Positions 8,005-18,100 of a DNA stretch of 64,000 nucleotides are shown here, piece after piece. The position numbers and the translations under genes are program-made. The stretch's first letter is position 1, and each line of letters starts with the position of its first letter. Under the pieces are notes generated by a model, which did no database searches, was not told the origin of the DNA, and saw only the letters and a list, made by a program, of their open reading frames with translations. Origin of the DNA: Caecitellus pseudoparvulus (taxonomy: Eukaryota; Protista; Bigyra: Bicosoecida); the NCBI GenBank assembly GCA_965644315.1, contig CBFFRQ010000053.1, positions 434,001 through 498,000 on the forward strand. Direction: 5' to 3'.

Positions 8005-9699
8005 TCAACCCTTTCTAGCAACTCGCCACAGCAGCACGCAGCGCCTGCCGCGTCGAGTGCTGGTGCCGTGCCAGGCCGCATCCTTAGCAGGTTGCATCGC
8101 TGTCTCTCCCGCGGCGAGGCGTGCATGCAGGGGGATGGCTCGGTGTCCGGTGAGGCCCAGCAGCTCGCGGAGGACGTCACCGTGCCCATTCTGACAGGCA
8201 GCCTGGAAGCCCTCCTCGGGATCTCCCTCAGATCCGGCGTGTACATCCACCTCACGGTGTCCGGTTAACGCCAGCAGCTCCCGCACGATGTCAATGTGTC
8301 CGTTCTCACAGGCAGCCTGGAAGCCGTACTCAAGATCGCCTTCAAGCCCGGCATGTACATCCACCTCACGGTGTCCAGTAAGTGCAAGAAGCTCGCGCAC
8401 TACATCAATGTGCCCATTGCCACATGCCCACCTAAAGCTGTACTCTGGCTCACCTTCAGGCCCTGCATGCACGTCAACCTCGCGATGCCCCGCTAATGCC
8501 AGCAGCTCGCGCACCACGTCAATGTGCCCATGCTGACAGGCAACCAGGAAGCCAGCCTCAGGAACATCCTCAGGACCAGCATGCACATCAACCTCACGGT
8601 CACCCTCCAGCGCCAGCAGCTCGCGCACCACCCCAACATGCCCTCTCTCACAGGCAGCTACAAAGCCAAACTCTGGCTCACCCTCAGGTCCGGCATGCAC
8701 GTCGACTTCACGATCCCCTGTCAATGCCAGCAGCTCGCGTACCACATCCAGATGCCCATAGCGACAGGCATGCCGGAAGCCATACTCAGACCCACCCTCA
8801 CGTCTTGCGTGTACATCCACCTCGCGATGCCCGCTGAGCGCCAACAACTCACGTACCACCCCAACATGCCCTCTCTCACAGGCAGCTACAAAGCCAAACT
8901 CTGGCTCACCCTCAGGTCCGGCATGCACGTCGACTTCACGATCCCCTGTCAATGCCAGCAGCTCGCGTACCACATCTACATTGCCATTGCGACAGGCGTA
9001 CCCAAAGCCAAACTCCGGCATGTCCTGCACCCCAGCGTGCACGTCGACCTCACGATGCCCAGTCAGGGCCAGCAGCTCCCGAACCACAGCAATATGACCG
9101 CCGTAGCATGCGAGTCGGAATCCATGCTCAGGCTCACCTTCAGGCCCTGCATGGACATCAACCTCGCGATGCCCAGCTAACGCCAACAGCACACGCACCA
9201 CATCTAGATGGCCGTTGTAGCATGCGAGCCGGAATCCATACTCAGGATCGCCCAAAAGCCCAGCATGCACGTCTACCTCACGGTGCCCAGTCAGCGCCAA
9301 CAGCTCGCGCACTACAGCAAGGTGACCATACTCACAGGCGGCCTGGAAGCCGTCCTTGTACGCCGCACGCACATCCGCGCTCCGGACGCCTGCCAAACCC
9401 AACAGCTCGCGCACCACCTCAACATGCCCCAGCCTGCATGCTGCACGAAACATCGCATCATGCTTCGACCGCACGGCAAGGCCCCGCGCCTCAGCCACCC
9501 CCAGCGCCTCCCGCAACAGCCCAGCATCGCCCTTGAAGCAAGCCACTCGAGCTGCTTCAAACACGTCTGCCGCCTCAAGGGACGCCATGCCCGACTCGCC
9601 ATCGTCCAGCAGCGCCAGCAAACCGTCCACATCATCCGCAGCGCAGGCTGCCTTCCATCGGCCCACCCACAGCTTCACACTGCTGCCCTCGTCAGCCAT
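8005..9699 (-). CDS. Ankyrin-repeat protein B (564 aa; 9 full 38-aa modules between N- and C-caps), paralog of A
   Basis: Start MADEGS at 9699 by homology with gene A. Same 114-bp module and a homologous C-cap (GDVLRELLGLTGHRAIPLHAR...QPAKDAAW). Confidence 0.92.
   Translation of the reverse strand: MADEGSSVKLWVGRWKAACAADDVDGLLALLDDGESGMASLEAADVFEAARVACFKGDAGLLREALGVAEARGLAVRSKHDAMFRAACRLGHVEVVRELLGLAGVRSADVRAAYKDGFQAACEYGHLAVVRELLALTGHREVDVHAGLLGDPEYGFRLACYNGHLDVVRVLLALAGHREVDVHAGPEGEPEHGFRLACYGGHIAVVRELLALTGHREVDVHAGVQDMPEFGFGYACRNGNVDVVRELLALTGDREVDVHAGPEGEPEFGFVAACERGHVGVVRELLALSGHREVDVHARREGGSEYGFRHACRYGHLDVVRELLALTGDREVDVHAGPEGEPEFGFVAACERGHVGVVRELLALEGDREVDVHAGPEDVPEAGFLVACQHGHIDVVRELLALAGHREVDVHAGPEGEPEYSFRWACGNGHIDVVRELLALTGHREVDVHAGLEGDLEYGFQAACENGHIDIVRELLALTGHREVDVHAGSEGDPEEGFQAACQNGHGDVLRELLGLTGHRAIPLHARLAAGETAMQPAKDAAWHGTSTRRGRRCVLLWRVARKG
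8631..8976. repeat. Exact internal module duplication in ankyrin gene B (8631-8748 = 8859-8976)
   Basis: About 118 bp are identical at an offset of 228 bp (two modules). The segment encodes ...VVRELLALTGDREVDVHAGPEGEPEFGFVAACERGHVG twice. Confidence 0.9.
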
Positions 9700-9974
9700 G
9701 GCGTGGTGGCACGAAACTCCGCACCCAACACACCTCTCTCTGAGCCTGCAGGCCACGAGACAGGCACATACACGAGTGCCCCTGGACGAGTCACGCGCCC
9801 CCCACTGCACATGGCTGTGCGTGTGTTGGTGTGGGGTTTACTGGCTGGGTGGCAGTGCAGGGCCTGCGGCGACGCGCCCCCCCCCCCCTGGCAGGTCACA
9901 GGGCGGGGCGGCTGTTTTTGCGTGGAGGGCGATGGCGGGGCCTGGGAGTCTGCATTGCTGTGTACAGCCTTGGA
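9333..9974. repeat. Segmental duplication copy 2 (N-cap coding region plus upstream of ankyrin gene B)
   Basis: Matches 7339-7977. Confidence 0.95.
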
Positions 9975-10106
9975 TCAACTAGCCCACATGGGCCGCATAG
10001 CTCACGGTAAGTGGCCCGCCGCTACTCAAAAATCACGTTCCCCGCCGCCAGGAGTCTGCAGCAAGTATAATCGCCGAGGCGAAGCTGTGCCTTGCCCCCT
10101 GCATAC

Positions 10107-11963
10107 TCACTGGCTTATCAGCGCACGCATAAATGTGCTGAGTAGCGCGGGTTCGCGGGGACCCGCCGTTGCCCATTTCCACCCCAAGCGCCACAGGCGC
10201 ACCTTGCCCGCAGAGTCAGCCACTGCAAGGAGTTTGCCGAGAGTGGGGTGGAACGCCAGGGACAGCACGCCACCACCGCCAGCGCCAACCATGCCCTGAT
10301 GTGACCCCTCATCTGCAGCTTGCCCAGCTCGTGTCACGCTGGCAGAGCCGGGGGATGCGATGTCGCCGTAAGCAGCGGGGGGCAGGGAAAGGGAGGGCGA
10401 GGTTGGGCTGGCCAGCAGGTCGAAGATGTGCACCATGCCGTCCCCCCCGCCTGCTGCCAGGACAAAGGGCCTTGCGGTAGACCACGCCACAGCCGAGACG
10501 TGGCTGCCCCCGGACCCGACGGGCACCGGTTCCAGCACCAGGGGGGGTTTCCGCAGGAGGGCGGAGTGCACCGCCAAGCCGCCGTCCGCACCACCTGTCG
10601 CGAAAAGAGCCCGATGGTGCGGACTGCCTGACACAGCCCTAACGGGGCCTGTGTGCCCGGCGTGGGCAAAGGTGGCTGGTGCAGCTTGGAAGTGCTCAGG
10701 CGGCGGGCGGGCTGCCAGCAGCAGCTGCAGCGTCACCACGCGGGAGCCTTCCCCCGTTGCGTGTGTCTCCGCTGCTCGCACCACTCGAGGGGCTGAGGCT
10801 GCAGGCAACGGTGCCAGCGCCGCCGCTGCTGCAGGGTGCCAGTCCAGGGTTCCACCTGGCACCCGGACAGCTTCAGCGGCAGCTGAGGCGTCCGGCGTGG
10901 GCCCTGGCGGGGGCAGGCGCAGGGTGAGCCCGCCCTCCGTGCCGACAAGCAGTGCTCCACCGGCCAAGGCGCTGAGGGAGGCGCCCCCCACTGCCTGGCC
11001 GCGGCGGCTGAGCCGGGAGGAGGGCGGCGCCAGACGGTACACGTGCAGGGGCGCTGCGAGGGCGTTCCCCCACGGCGCCCACACGGCTGCCTTCCCATCC
11101 GCTGACACAGAGACGAGGGACTGGCCATCCCCGCTCCAGTGCAGCCCCACCACACCCTCTCGATGCACGTACTCGTTGATGGGGGATCTGGCTACGAGGG
11201 GCTCCGCCGCCCCCACCTCCCACACCAGCACCTCTCCGACCAGCGTGCCACCTGCCACCACGCCAGCCCGCGTGGGGTGCGCTGCCAGGCTCAGGACACT
11301 GGTGTCCACAGCGAGGCGGACGTCAGGTTGGGATGTGCTGGGGCTGGCTGCGTCGAAGTCCCGCCTCATCACGTTCCAGACCGCGACCCCGCCACTGTGC
11401 GAGCTCCAGCCGACGTCTCCGGGCGCGCCGTACCCGGCCATGAGCAGTCCGCCCGTGCAGCTCCAGGCAAGGCAAGTTGCAGGCACCGCAGTGGCGACGG
11501 AGTCTTCTGGTTGCTGCCACGTGCAGTCCAGAGCAGCAATACACTTGCTGTCTTCCTCGCCTTCCTCAACGGCTGGCAAAAAGTGGTCGAAGGCACCAGA
11601 CAGCATGTTGCGCTCCAGCTGCCGGCAGACGAGGGGAGTGACGCTGGCCAGGAAACGGGCAACTTGAGGCGCCTCGCCCTCTGCAAGCACAGGGTCTCCG
11701 TGTGTAATCGCCGGCGGGTCTGTTTGAGCCTGTAGTGAAGGGGGCAAGGCCGAGTGAGGGTGGGCCAAAAGCAGGCATGAAACGCCCATCCAACGCACAC
11801 CGGCATCGGCGCGCAACAGAGCCTGCGTGCCAGCATCCTCGAAGTGCAGGGGCTCAGTGCCGCATCCTGTCTCCACAGGAGGCCCTTTTCCACTGGCTAA
11901 AGCCCCCACAGCATGCACTTGGGGGCCGGTGTAGCTGGAAAACAGGGCCGACTTGCTCGCCAT
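10107..11963 (-). CDS. DYNC2I2: Dynein-2 intermediate chain WDR34 (WD40); probable 69-nt intron at 11730-11798
   Basis: N-terminal GTQA..AGAQT light-chain-binding-type motifs. VLSLAAHPTRAGVVAGGTLVGEVLVW, YVHREGVVGLHW, HTGPVRAVSGSPHHRALFATGGADG and VAWSTARPFVLAAG match WDR34. Intron GTGCGT...CTACAG. Confidence 0.88.
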   Translation of the reverse strand: MASKSALFSSYTGPQVHAVGALASGKGPPVETGCGTEPLHFEDAGTQALLRADAGVRWMGVSCLLLAHPHSALPPSLQAQTDPPAITHGDPVLAEGEAPQVARFLASVTPLVCRQLERNMLSGAFDHFLPAVEEGEEDSKCIAALDCTWQQPEDSVATAVPATCLAWSCTGGLLMAGYGAPGDVGWSSHSGGVAVWNVMRRDFDAASPSTSQPDVRLAVDTSVLSLAAHPTRAGVVAGGTLVGEVLVWEVGAAEPLVARSPINEYVHREGVVGLHWSGDGQSLVSVSADGKAAVWAPWGNALAAPLHVYRLAPPSSRLSRRGQAVGGASLSALAGGALLVGTEGGLTLRLPPPGPTPDASAAAEAVRVPGGTLDWHPAAAAALAPLPAASAPRVVRAAETHATGEGSRVVTLQLLLAARPPPEHFQAAPATFAHAGHTGPVRAVSGSPHHRALFATGGADGGLAVHSALLRKPPLVLEPVPVGSGGSHVSAVAWSTARPFVLAAGGGDGMVHIFDLLASPTSPSLSLPPAAYGDIASPGSASVTRAGQAADEGSHQGMVGAGGGGVLSLAFHPTLGKLLAVADSAGKVRLWRLGWKWATAGPREPALLSTFMRALISQ

Positions 11964-12082
11964 GCCGTTGGCTGGTGCAGAAGCGTCCAGTGCCGGCGGC
12001 AGCGCAGCTCAAGAGCTACAGGGCACGCTGCTTGCCTCACGTAAGGGAACCCTGTATGGTACATGGAAGGTGTATTGTCAAG

Positions 12083-13357
12083 TCACCAACGCTGGCGCCC
12101 AGACCAGCCCGGCTGCAAGTTGCGAGGAGTGGACAGCGCTGGCTCATCCACACCACAGGGCGCCGCTATGAACGCCGTCGCAGTGATCGCAGCGCCGCCT
12201 AGGCATGCCGTGGCAATAGCAGCAGGCTGCCCCATGGCTATGGAGACGGCTGCACCCGCAAGCAGCGCCTGCACAGCTGCAGCAGCAGTCGTGTCCCACA
12301 CTCGAGGAGGGGGCAGAGGGGGCTCCCCGCCACCCCACGGCATCACCCGTGCTTTTGCGGCGGTGCAGGCTACCCACAGCAGTGCCACTGTGTGGGCAGC
12401 CCCGGCAATGCAGGACACTGCGAGCAAGGCCCCGCTAACAAGGGGGTGTGCCAGGAGGGCCGCTGCCGCTGCGGTGAGTAGGGGCGTGCGGTGCAGGGTG
12501 TGGGTGCAGCAGGTGCGAGGGCGCGCTGCAGTGCATACCGTGTGGCCCAGCCCCGCACAAGCGAACAAGGCGGCAAGGGGCACGAGGGACGGCGTGCTGC
12601 CTGTGACTGCAGCGGCATGCACCAAGGCGCCCTGCACGATCAAGGTCGTGATCCACAGCGCCTGCAGCAAGCCTGGGCGAGGGCGCCGGCAACCACACAG
12701 GGGGCGCCCCGTGGGGGGCATGGAGAGGTCCAGTCCGGCAGAACCGCAGGTGAGGACTGCCTGGGTGCAGGCCAGCCCCACGCCCTCTTGGGGCTGCGCC
12801 TCCCCCCACTGTCGAATGACGCGGGCAAGGTGCATCGCCAGCAGAGTTCCTGCTGCCACCCAGAAAGGCAGGAGAGCCAGGGGCCACGTGAGGCCCGGGA
12901 TGGCCACCCCGTGCTGCAGCAGGGTGACGAGGGCCAGCCCCACACAGACAAGCGCGAGCGTGAGCAGTGCCCGGGCCAGTGCGCAAGGCTGGGCGCAGCA
13001 GGTGGCGTGGCCGGTGCCGGCGCTGCTCGACATCGAGGCAAAAGAGGGCCAGGGCGTCACGGCCAGGGCAGAAGCACTCCCGACAGACATGGAGCGGGGG
13101 GATGTGCCTCGTGGCTGGTACAACCCTTGCTGGCCTCGAAGCAGAGCGCGTACACGCCCCGCCCATCCAGCTGAAAGGATAGGGTCCGAGGCGCTGCAGG
13201 TGCAGGGCGACGAGGTGGGGCGCGGGGAAGGCGTGGCCTTGGTGAGCTTTGGCGCTGCAGGGACGATGGGGGGCGTCGGGTCTTCCTGAGCGGCGTCGGG
13301 GCCGCATTTGTGCTGGCGATTCGCAGTGTGCCTGCCGCCGCATGCCAGGGCTGCCAT
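12083..13357 (-). CDS. Multi-pass membrane protein (weak resemblance to TMEM185/TMEM203-type proteins)
   Basis: Several hydrophobic helices, including LTWPLALLPFWVAAG. The start codon is uncertain (first ATG of the ORF is at 13357). Confidence 0.55.
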   Translation of the reverse strand: MAALACGGRHTANRQHKCGPDAAQEDPTPPIVPAAPKLTKATPSPRPTSSPCTCSASDPILSAGWAGRVRALLRGQQGLYQPRGTSPRSMSVGSASALAVTPWPSFASMSSSAGTGHATCCAQPCALARALLTLALVCVGLALVTLLQHGVAIPGLTWPLALLPFWVAAGTLLAMHLARVIRQWGEAQPQEGVGLACTQAVLTCGSAGLDLSMPPTGRPLCGCRRPRPGLLQALWITTLIVQGALVHAAAVTGSTPSLVPLAALFACAGLGHTVCTAARPRTCCTHTLHRTPLLTAAAAALLAHPLVSGALLAVSCIAGAAHTVALLWVACTAAKARVMPWGGGEPPLPPPRVWDTTAAAAVQALLAGAAVSIAMGQPAAIATACLGGAAITATAFIAAPCGVDEPALSTPRNLQPGWSGRQRW

Positions 13358-14230
13358 GGCAACCGGGGAGTGAGCGTATAGGAGCAAAGCGCACAAGGTG
13401 GCGCTGCGGCCACCATGCCAGGCATGAAGCCCAGCTACCACCGCTTGGGGCGCGCGCCGCAGTTGGCGATGCGGTGACCACACCTCATTGGCCTGAGTGC
13501 TGGTCACACTCAAGGACAAGATCGTACTGCGCCCCAGGTATGGTCGCAGAAGGCGACTTTGAGCTGCATTGAGGGGAGCCAGAGCAAGAACCGTATACGG
13601 GACAAGTGTTCACGCTAGTAGCAGTGAGCTTGCCGCACTCACAGGTGGATAGAACGGGAGGCGCAGGCATGGATTGCGGATTTTGGAGCACCACGCAAGG
13701 CCGGACTTGCGGGTGCTGTCGTGGCCCGTCCTCCCAGCGGAAGACAGAAGCATCCGAAATGTGCCGAGACAATCATAGTCTACGTTGTGGCAATCTTTCT
13801 TGACGGGATTTTCTGTCTTTTGTGTGCCAGCGCACGGTGCGGTGTGCCAACGGCTCGTGCATGCGCAGCGCGGAGGCTTCGAGCTGCACAAGGCGTGTGC
13901 TCAACGCACCGCAGAAGCGTGCTTTCAGCACGTGCTGGGGCTCTAAGGGCAGGGTTTTCTATCCTCCCACATTGCAACATCGCATCTGTGCTGGAATGAG
14001 AGGTGCGGTCTTGCAGCACCTCGCAGCAAGATTGCTGTCTGGAATCTGCTCGTTGTTTTCTCAGCTGCGGCCCCCCGACCCCAGCCGGCACACAGCCGTC
14101 AATTCAGTATACTTCCGGCTCCTTCAAACAACGCATCAGGGTCGGCCCACACCACGCAAGAGGGAGCCTTTGTGCGGTGGCGGCAGAGAGGGAGAGTTCA
14201 GTGCTTTGTGCCGTGCTTGCATGTTCAGAA

Positions 14231-14756
14231 ATGGCTGCTGCTCCGGAGGCGAAGAAGCCGCGAAAAGGAATCACATGGGACGAGCCCACCATTGCAGAGC
14301 ACGACAAAGAGAGGGGCACCCGCATGAAGATCGACGAACCAGACACACCTTTCTACGCAGATGAGTGTGCGTGGCCCTGTGAAACGCGAAACTCCGCGCG
14401 ATCGCAAAGCCCTCTTGCCTGCCCCGCACGCAGCGGCCAGCGACGCAGAGGGAGAGAAGCACGGAGGACGACAAGATGTCCACGTGACAGCTGCGCAATG
14501 GGCGCAAGATGCTGCAGAGGAGGGCGACGACGACGAGTTGGAGGCGCTGGGGTGTGGCGCAGCTGATGCCGAGTCTGAGGGCCCAGAGGATGGCGGCGGC
14601 ACACACGCAGGTGGGCCCGTTGATGTGCAGCACGTGAAAGAGTTCTCCAAGGCGCGCTCAGCCCACTACGATGAGTGGCAGGCTGTCCTCGCGGCCCGAG
14701 CCAAGGCGGCTGAGGAAGACGACGAAGAGGAGACGGCTGTGGCTGCTGGGCACTGA
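14231..14756 (+). CDS. PPP1R2: Protein phosphatase 1 inhibitor-2 (152 aa; intron 14367-14433)
   Basis: KGITWDE, MKIDEPDTPF and FSKARSAHYDE are the inhibitor-2 hallmark motifs. A GTGCGT...GCAG intron joins the two frames. Confidence 0.92.
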
Positions 14757-15113
14757 AGGATCAGGAGTATATGTGAGGACTGTGCCTCTTCACCCCCTCT
14801 CAGTCCATCTGAGCTGTCTCCCTGTCCCGGGTGTGGGGATACGGGGGCGCGCAGGCCTCACAGGAGATGCCGCACTTGTCAACACGGCGCAAATGCCAGC
14901 GTCTCTGAACCCCTGCCTGCTCAGCGCCAGCTGGCAGCTCAGTCCAATGCACGGCCCCGGCGATTGCCGCTGCTGCTGCGTGACGCTCGCCGTCCCACGG
15001 TCAACGGCCCCTTTGCGCCATTGCGGTGCGCTGACGCCAGAGCCAAGGCCCCGCCCGCACGGGATCTGGAAGTGCCAGCGCCTCCTGCCCAGGCGACTGC
15101 TTTCCTTGACAAT

Positions 15114-18100
15114 ATGGCCACCACGACAGCTCCGAGCTCAGCGGGCGCTGGCTTGCACGCCCCTGCACACTCGACGGTCCAGATGAAGAAGGTGAGCGGA
15201 GCGTTTTCGCGAGCAGGCAGTGGGCCTGCCGCAAGCTTGCGAGGGTGAAGGTGCCGAAAACACAGCACAGGCTCTTGCACAATAGGATGCAAGGTCACTG
15301 TGGGGCTGGTGTCGACCGCTCCATCGGCTTCCCCGCTAGCCTCCGCCATGCTGCCAAACGGCTTGCGTGTCGCAGTGCGACCGCCGCGCTGTCACGTCTG
15401 CTCCCCGCCGCCGCGCAGATGGTCGAGTTCTTGCACCGACATGATGTGGTTGAGTCACTTCGTCCTTTCTTGGCTCGTGAGGGCCTGTTTGGGCGACACG
15501 AGAACTGGCGCTCGTCGCCTGTGCGCCTGGACGCCTTGCGCAGCTTGGCTCGCAGGTGGCGCCTGCACAACTCTGCCAGCAACTTCTGGAAGCGGCACCG
15601 GACGCACATCGGCCTGTCTACGAGCCTGAAGGCCCACGTAGATGCGTGGGTGGATGCCCACGATGATGGCACGATGGACCGGCGGTGGGAGCACTGGTAC
15701 GAGACTGGCCTCAGTGACCACGACGTTTTCGCCATCCTGCCAGAGGTGTCCTTCTACGTGCCAGGCGTGGCGCCGCCGCTCCCCATCTTGGAGGATGACA
15801 TGCCGCCCTCCGTTTTGGCAGCCGGCTTGGACGTGGAGGAGGAGTCCCCCGGGGCGGAGTTGCTGGCAGACCTGGCCAGCGCCACCCGTGCAGCAGAGGA
15901 CGCCCAGCGCCGCTCGGCACTGGGCGCATCCGTCGAGGAGGACGCCTCGGCAGGGCAAGGCAGCCGGCGGCCACATAGCAGGGGAGCAGGGCTCGCCCGC
16001 CCCCCCCGCACATCCTCAGCAGCCGCCCCCGCTTCAGCCGGTGGCGAGGACGACGACGATGTCGACGAGCAGGCGGTCGCTGCTCTGCGTTCGGGCCTGC
16101 GGCCGTACACGGGGGACAAGTTTGGACAGCGAGGCCAGTACACGGATTCCCTGCTGTACCTGTCCCGGCAGCCCACGGAGGAGGGCCCCAAGGGACACCG
16201 TGTCGTGTCCCGGGCAGTGGACAGACCCGACTTGGACCTGACAGCGGGCGCCGTGCGCTTTGCCGCTTCCCCCACCGCGAAGAAGAACCTGAAGCTGTCC
16301 CGGTTCTTGTCTGTCTTCCACGGCTCAGCCGCAGAGCAAGATGGAGAGGAGGCGCCCGCCGTGCCACCCCTACTGCCGGGGCGGGCCCGGTCGCCCAGGG
16401 CGGCTGGCGCCTCACCCCGCTCAGGCAGCGCGCCCCCCCGACGGCGTCGGGTCCGGGGCGCCTTGACGCCAGATGACGACGACGCGGACGCTGTGGAGGA
16501 AGCCCTCATGGCCAGTGTGCAAGAGGCTTCTGCTCGGCGTGTGGCCGAGCGCAAGGCAGCGCGCGCTGCCGCGGAGGCTGCTGCTCGCCGCCCTGCCCGC
16601 CTGCCAGTGCAGCCGGCGTCCCCCGCCAATCGCCACGCTCGTCGGGGCAGCCGCCTGCTGGTCCCCGACGCATACTCTGACTCTGGGTCAGATGGGGAGG
16701 TCGCCTCTCCCCCGGACAACATCCTGGATGACCGGGTGTCCAACGCCTCTTCGGACTCGGCCATTGACTACGATGACTACGAGCCAGGGCATCTGAGGAT
16801 AGGGGTGGAGGTGCACTCACCCCCCCTCTCCCCGGGTGTGATGCGCAGCTCCCCCGCCGGTCTGGGAGACAGTGCTGCGGGGCAGTTCCCCTTCGACATT
16901 ACCCCTCGCGGGAGCGCGCCAACCCACTCGAGGACCATGTCTGCAGCAGGACCCATGCCCACCTCTCCATCCCGTGGTGGCAAAGTACTGGGCCTGGGAG
17001 GGCCTGGTGGTGCCGTCATTGCCGCGGGTGGCAGCCCCAGGCGGGCCATGGCGGCACGGGTGCAGTCAGACCGCGCTGCTGCTGCAGCACGCGCTCGTGC
17101 GCGGGCTGCGAAGGCTGCGGCACACAAGGGTGAGCAAGCCTTCCTAGGCAGCTTGCCAGACACGCCACAGGCCGGAGGCGGCTTTTTCAGCCCCGGCATG
17201 GACGGTGCAGGCCCCCCTCGTGGAGCCTTGCAGTCCACAGAGGAGCTGCCCCTGCCTCCACGCAAGCAGTACATTTCAGAGGCCAACGCGGCGCCCGCGG
17301 AGGGTTCGCTGCAGAAGAGCCTGCAGCAGCAAGCCGCCCGTGCGCTGAAGCACCTCAGTCGCAGCCCTGAGTTCCGCCGACACATCATCCGGGAGGGTGC
17401 CTACCGAGCGTTGGTGCAGGTGCTGGTGGACTCCGTCTCCCCCGCCACGCGGCAAGACTGTGCCACTGCCCTGTGCAATCTGTCTGCCGTGCAGGGCATC
17501 GTCGGTGTGCCTCCCAGCCTGTCCACTGCAGCCCCGCGGTACTCTGCAGCGGCTGCACAGGGCATTGCAGCATACATGCAGGCTGTCTTGGAAAGCGGGC
17601 GATGTGCGCCAGCCTCCTTGGAGCTGAACTTGATGGACAGCATGCCTGACGCGCCGACGGGCGCCGCACAGCAGGAGGTGCGCGAGAAGGCCTTGGCCAT
17701 GGTGGCCAGCATGTCCAGCAAGAACCTGCTGTCCCTGGCGCAGGACGAAGCAGCGCGGGAAGAGGCAGCTGGCAGTGCCGCTGCAGCAGACCCCACCCCA
17801 GGTGACGACCACACACCGCTTGACTTTGGAGTTGTGGTGTTCATCTCTGACCTGGCCCGGGTGGCCACCGGCGTCATGCGGTGCATCCTGGCAACCACCT
17901 TGTACAACCTCAGCGCCGACTCCCGCAACCGCCACACGCTGGCCATCGAGCTTGCCGTGGACGCGCTGCTGGCCCTCATGCAGCCCGCGGCGGCGACAGC
18001 GGCGTCCACTGAGCGCACCAGGCGCATGGCTGCCCAGGACGCATTCACCGCCACTATGTGCGTCAAGGCACTGGTGAATGTCGCCTGCCATCAGACCGGG

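Noticed and set aside
6600-9330. 114-bp periodic array with constant and variable parts, considered as a CRISPR or TALE array
   Set aside because: It is in-frame protein-coding with synonymous variation and an ankyrin consensus. There are no cas genes, no palindromic direct repeats and no TALE LTPxQVVAIAS motif.
6872-10299. Long plus-strand repetitive ORFs over the ankyrin genes (e.g. 6872-8194, 9208-10299)
   Set aside because: Antisense translations of the ankyrin repeats.
13520-14200. Intergenic region with short ORFs, a possible ncRNA or small gene
   Set aside because: No recognisable RNA family, coding motif or splice structure; most likely a divergent promoter/UTR region.
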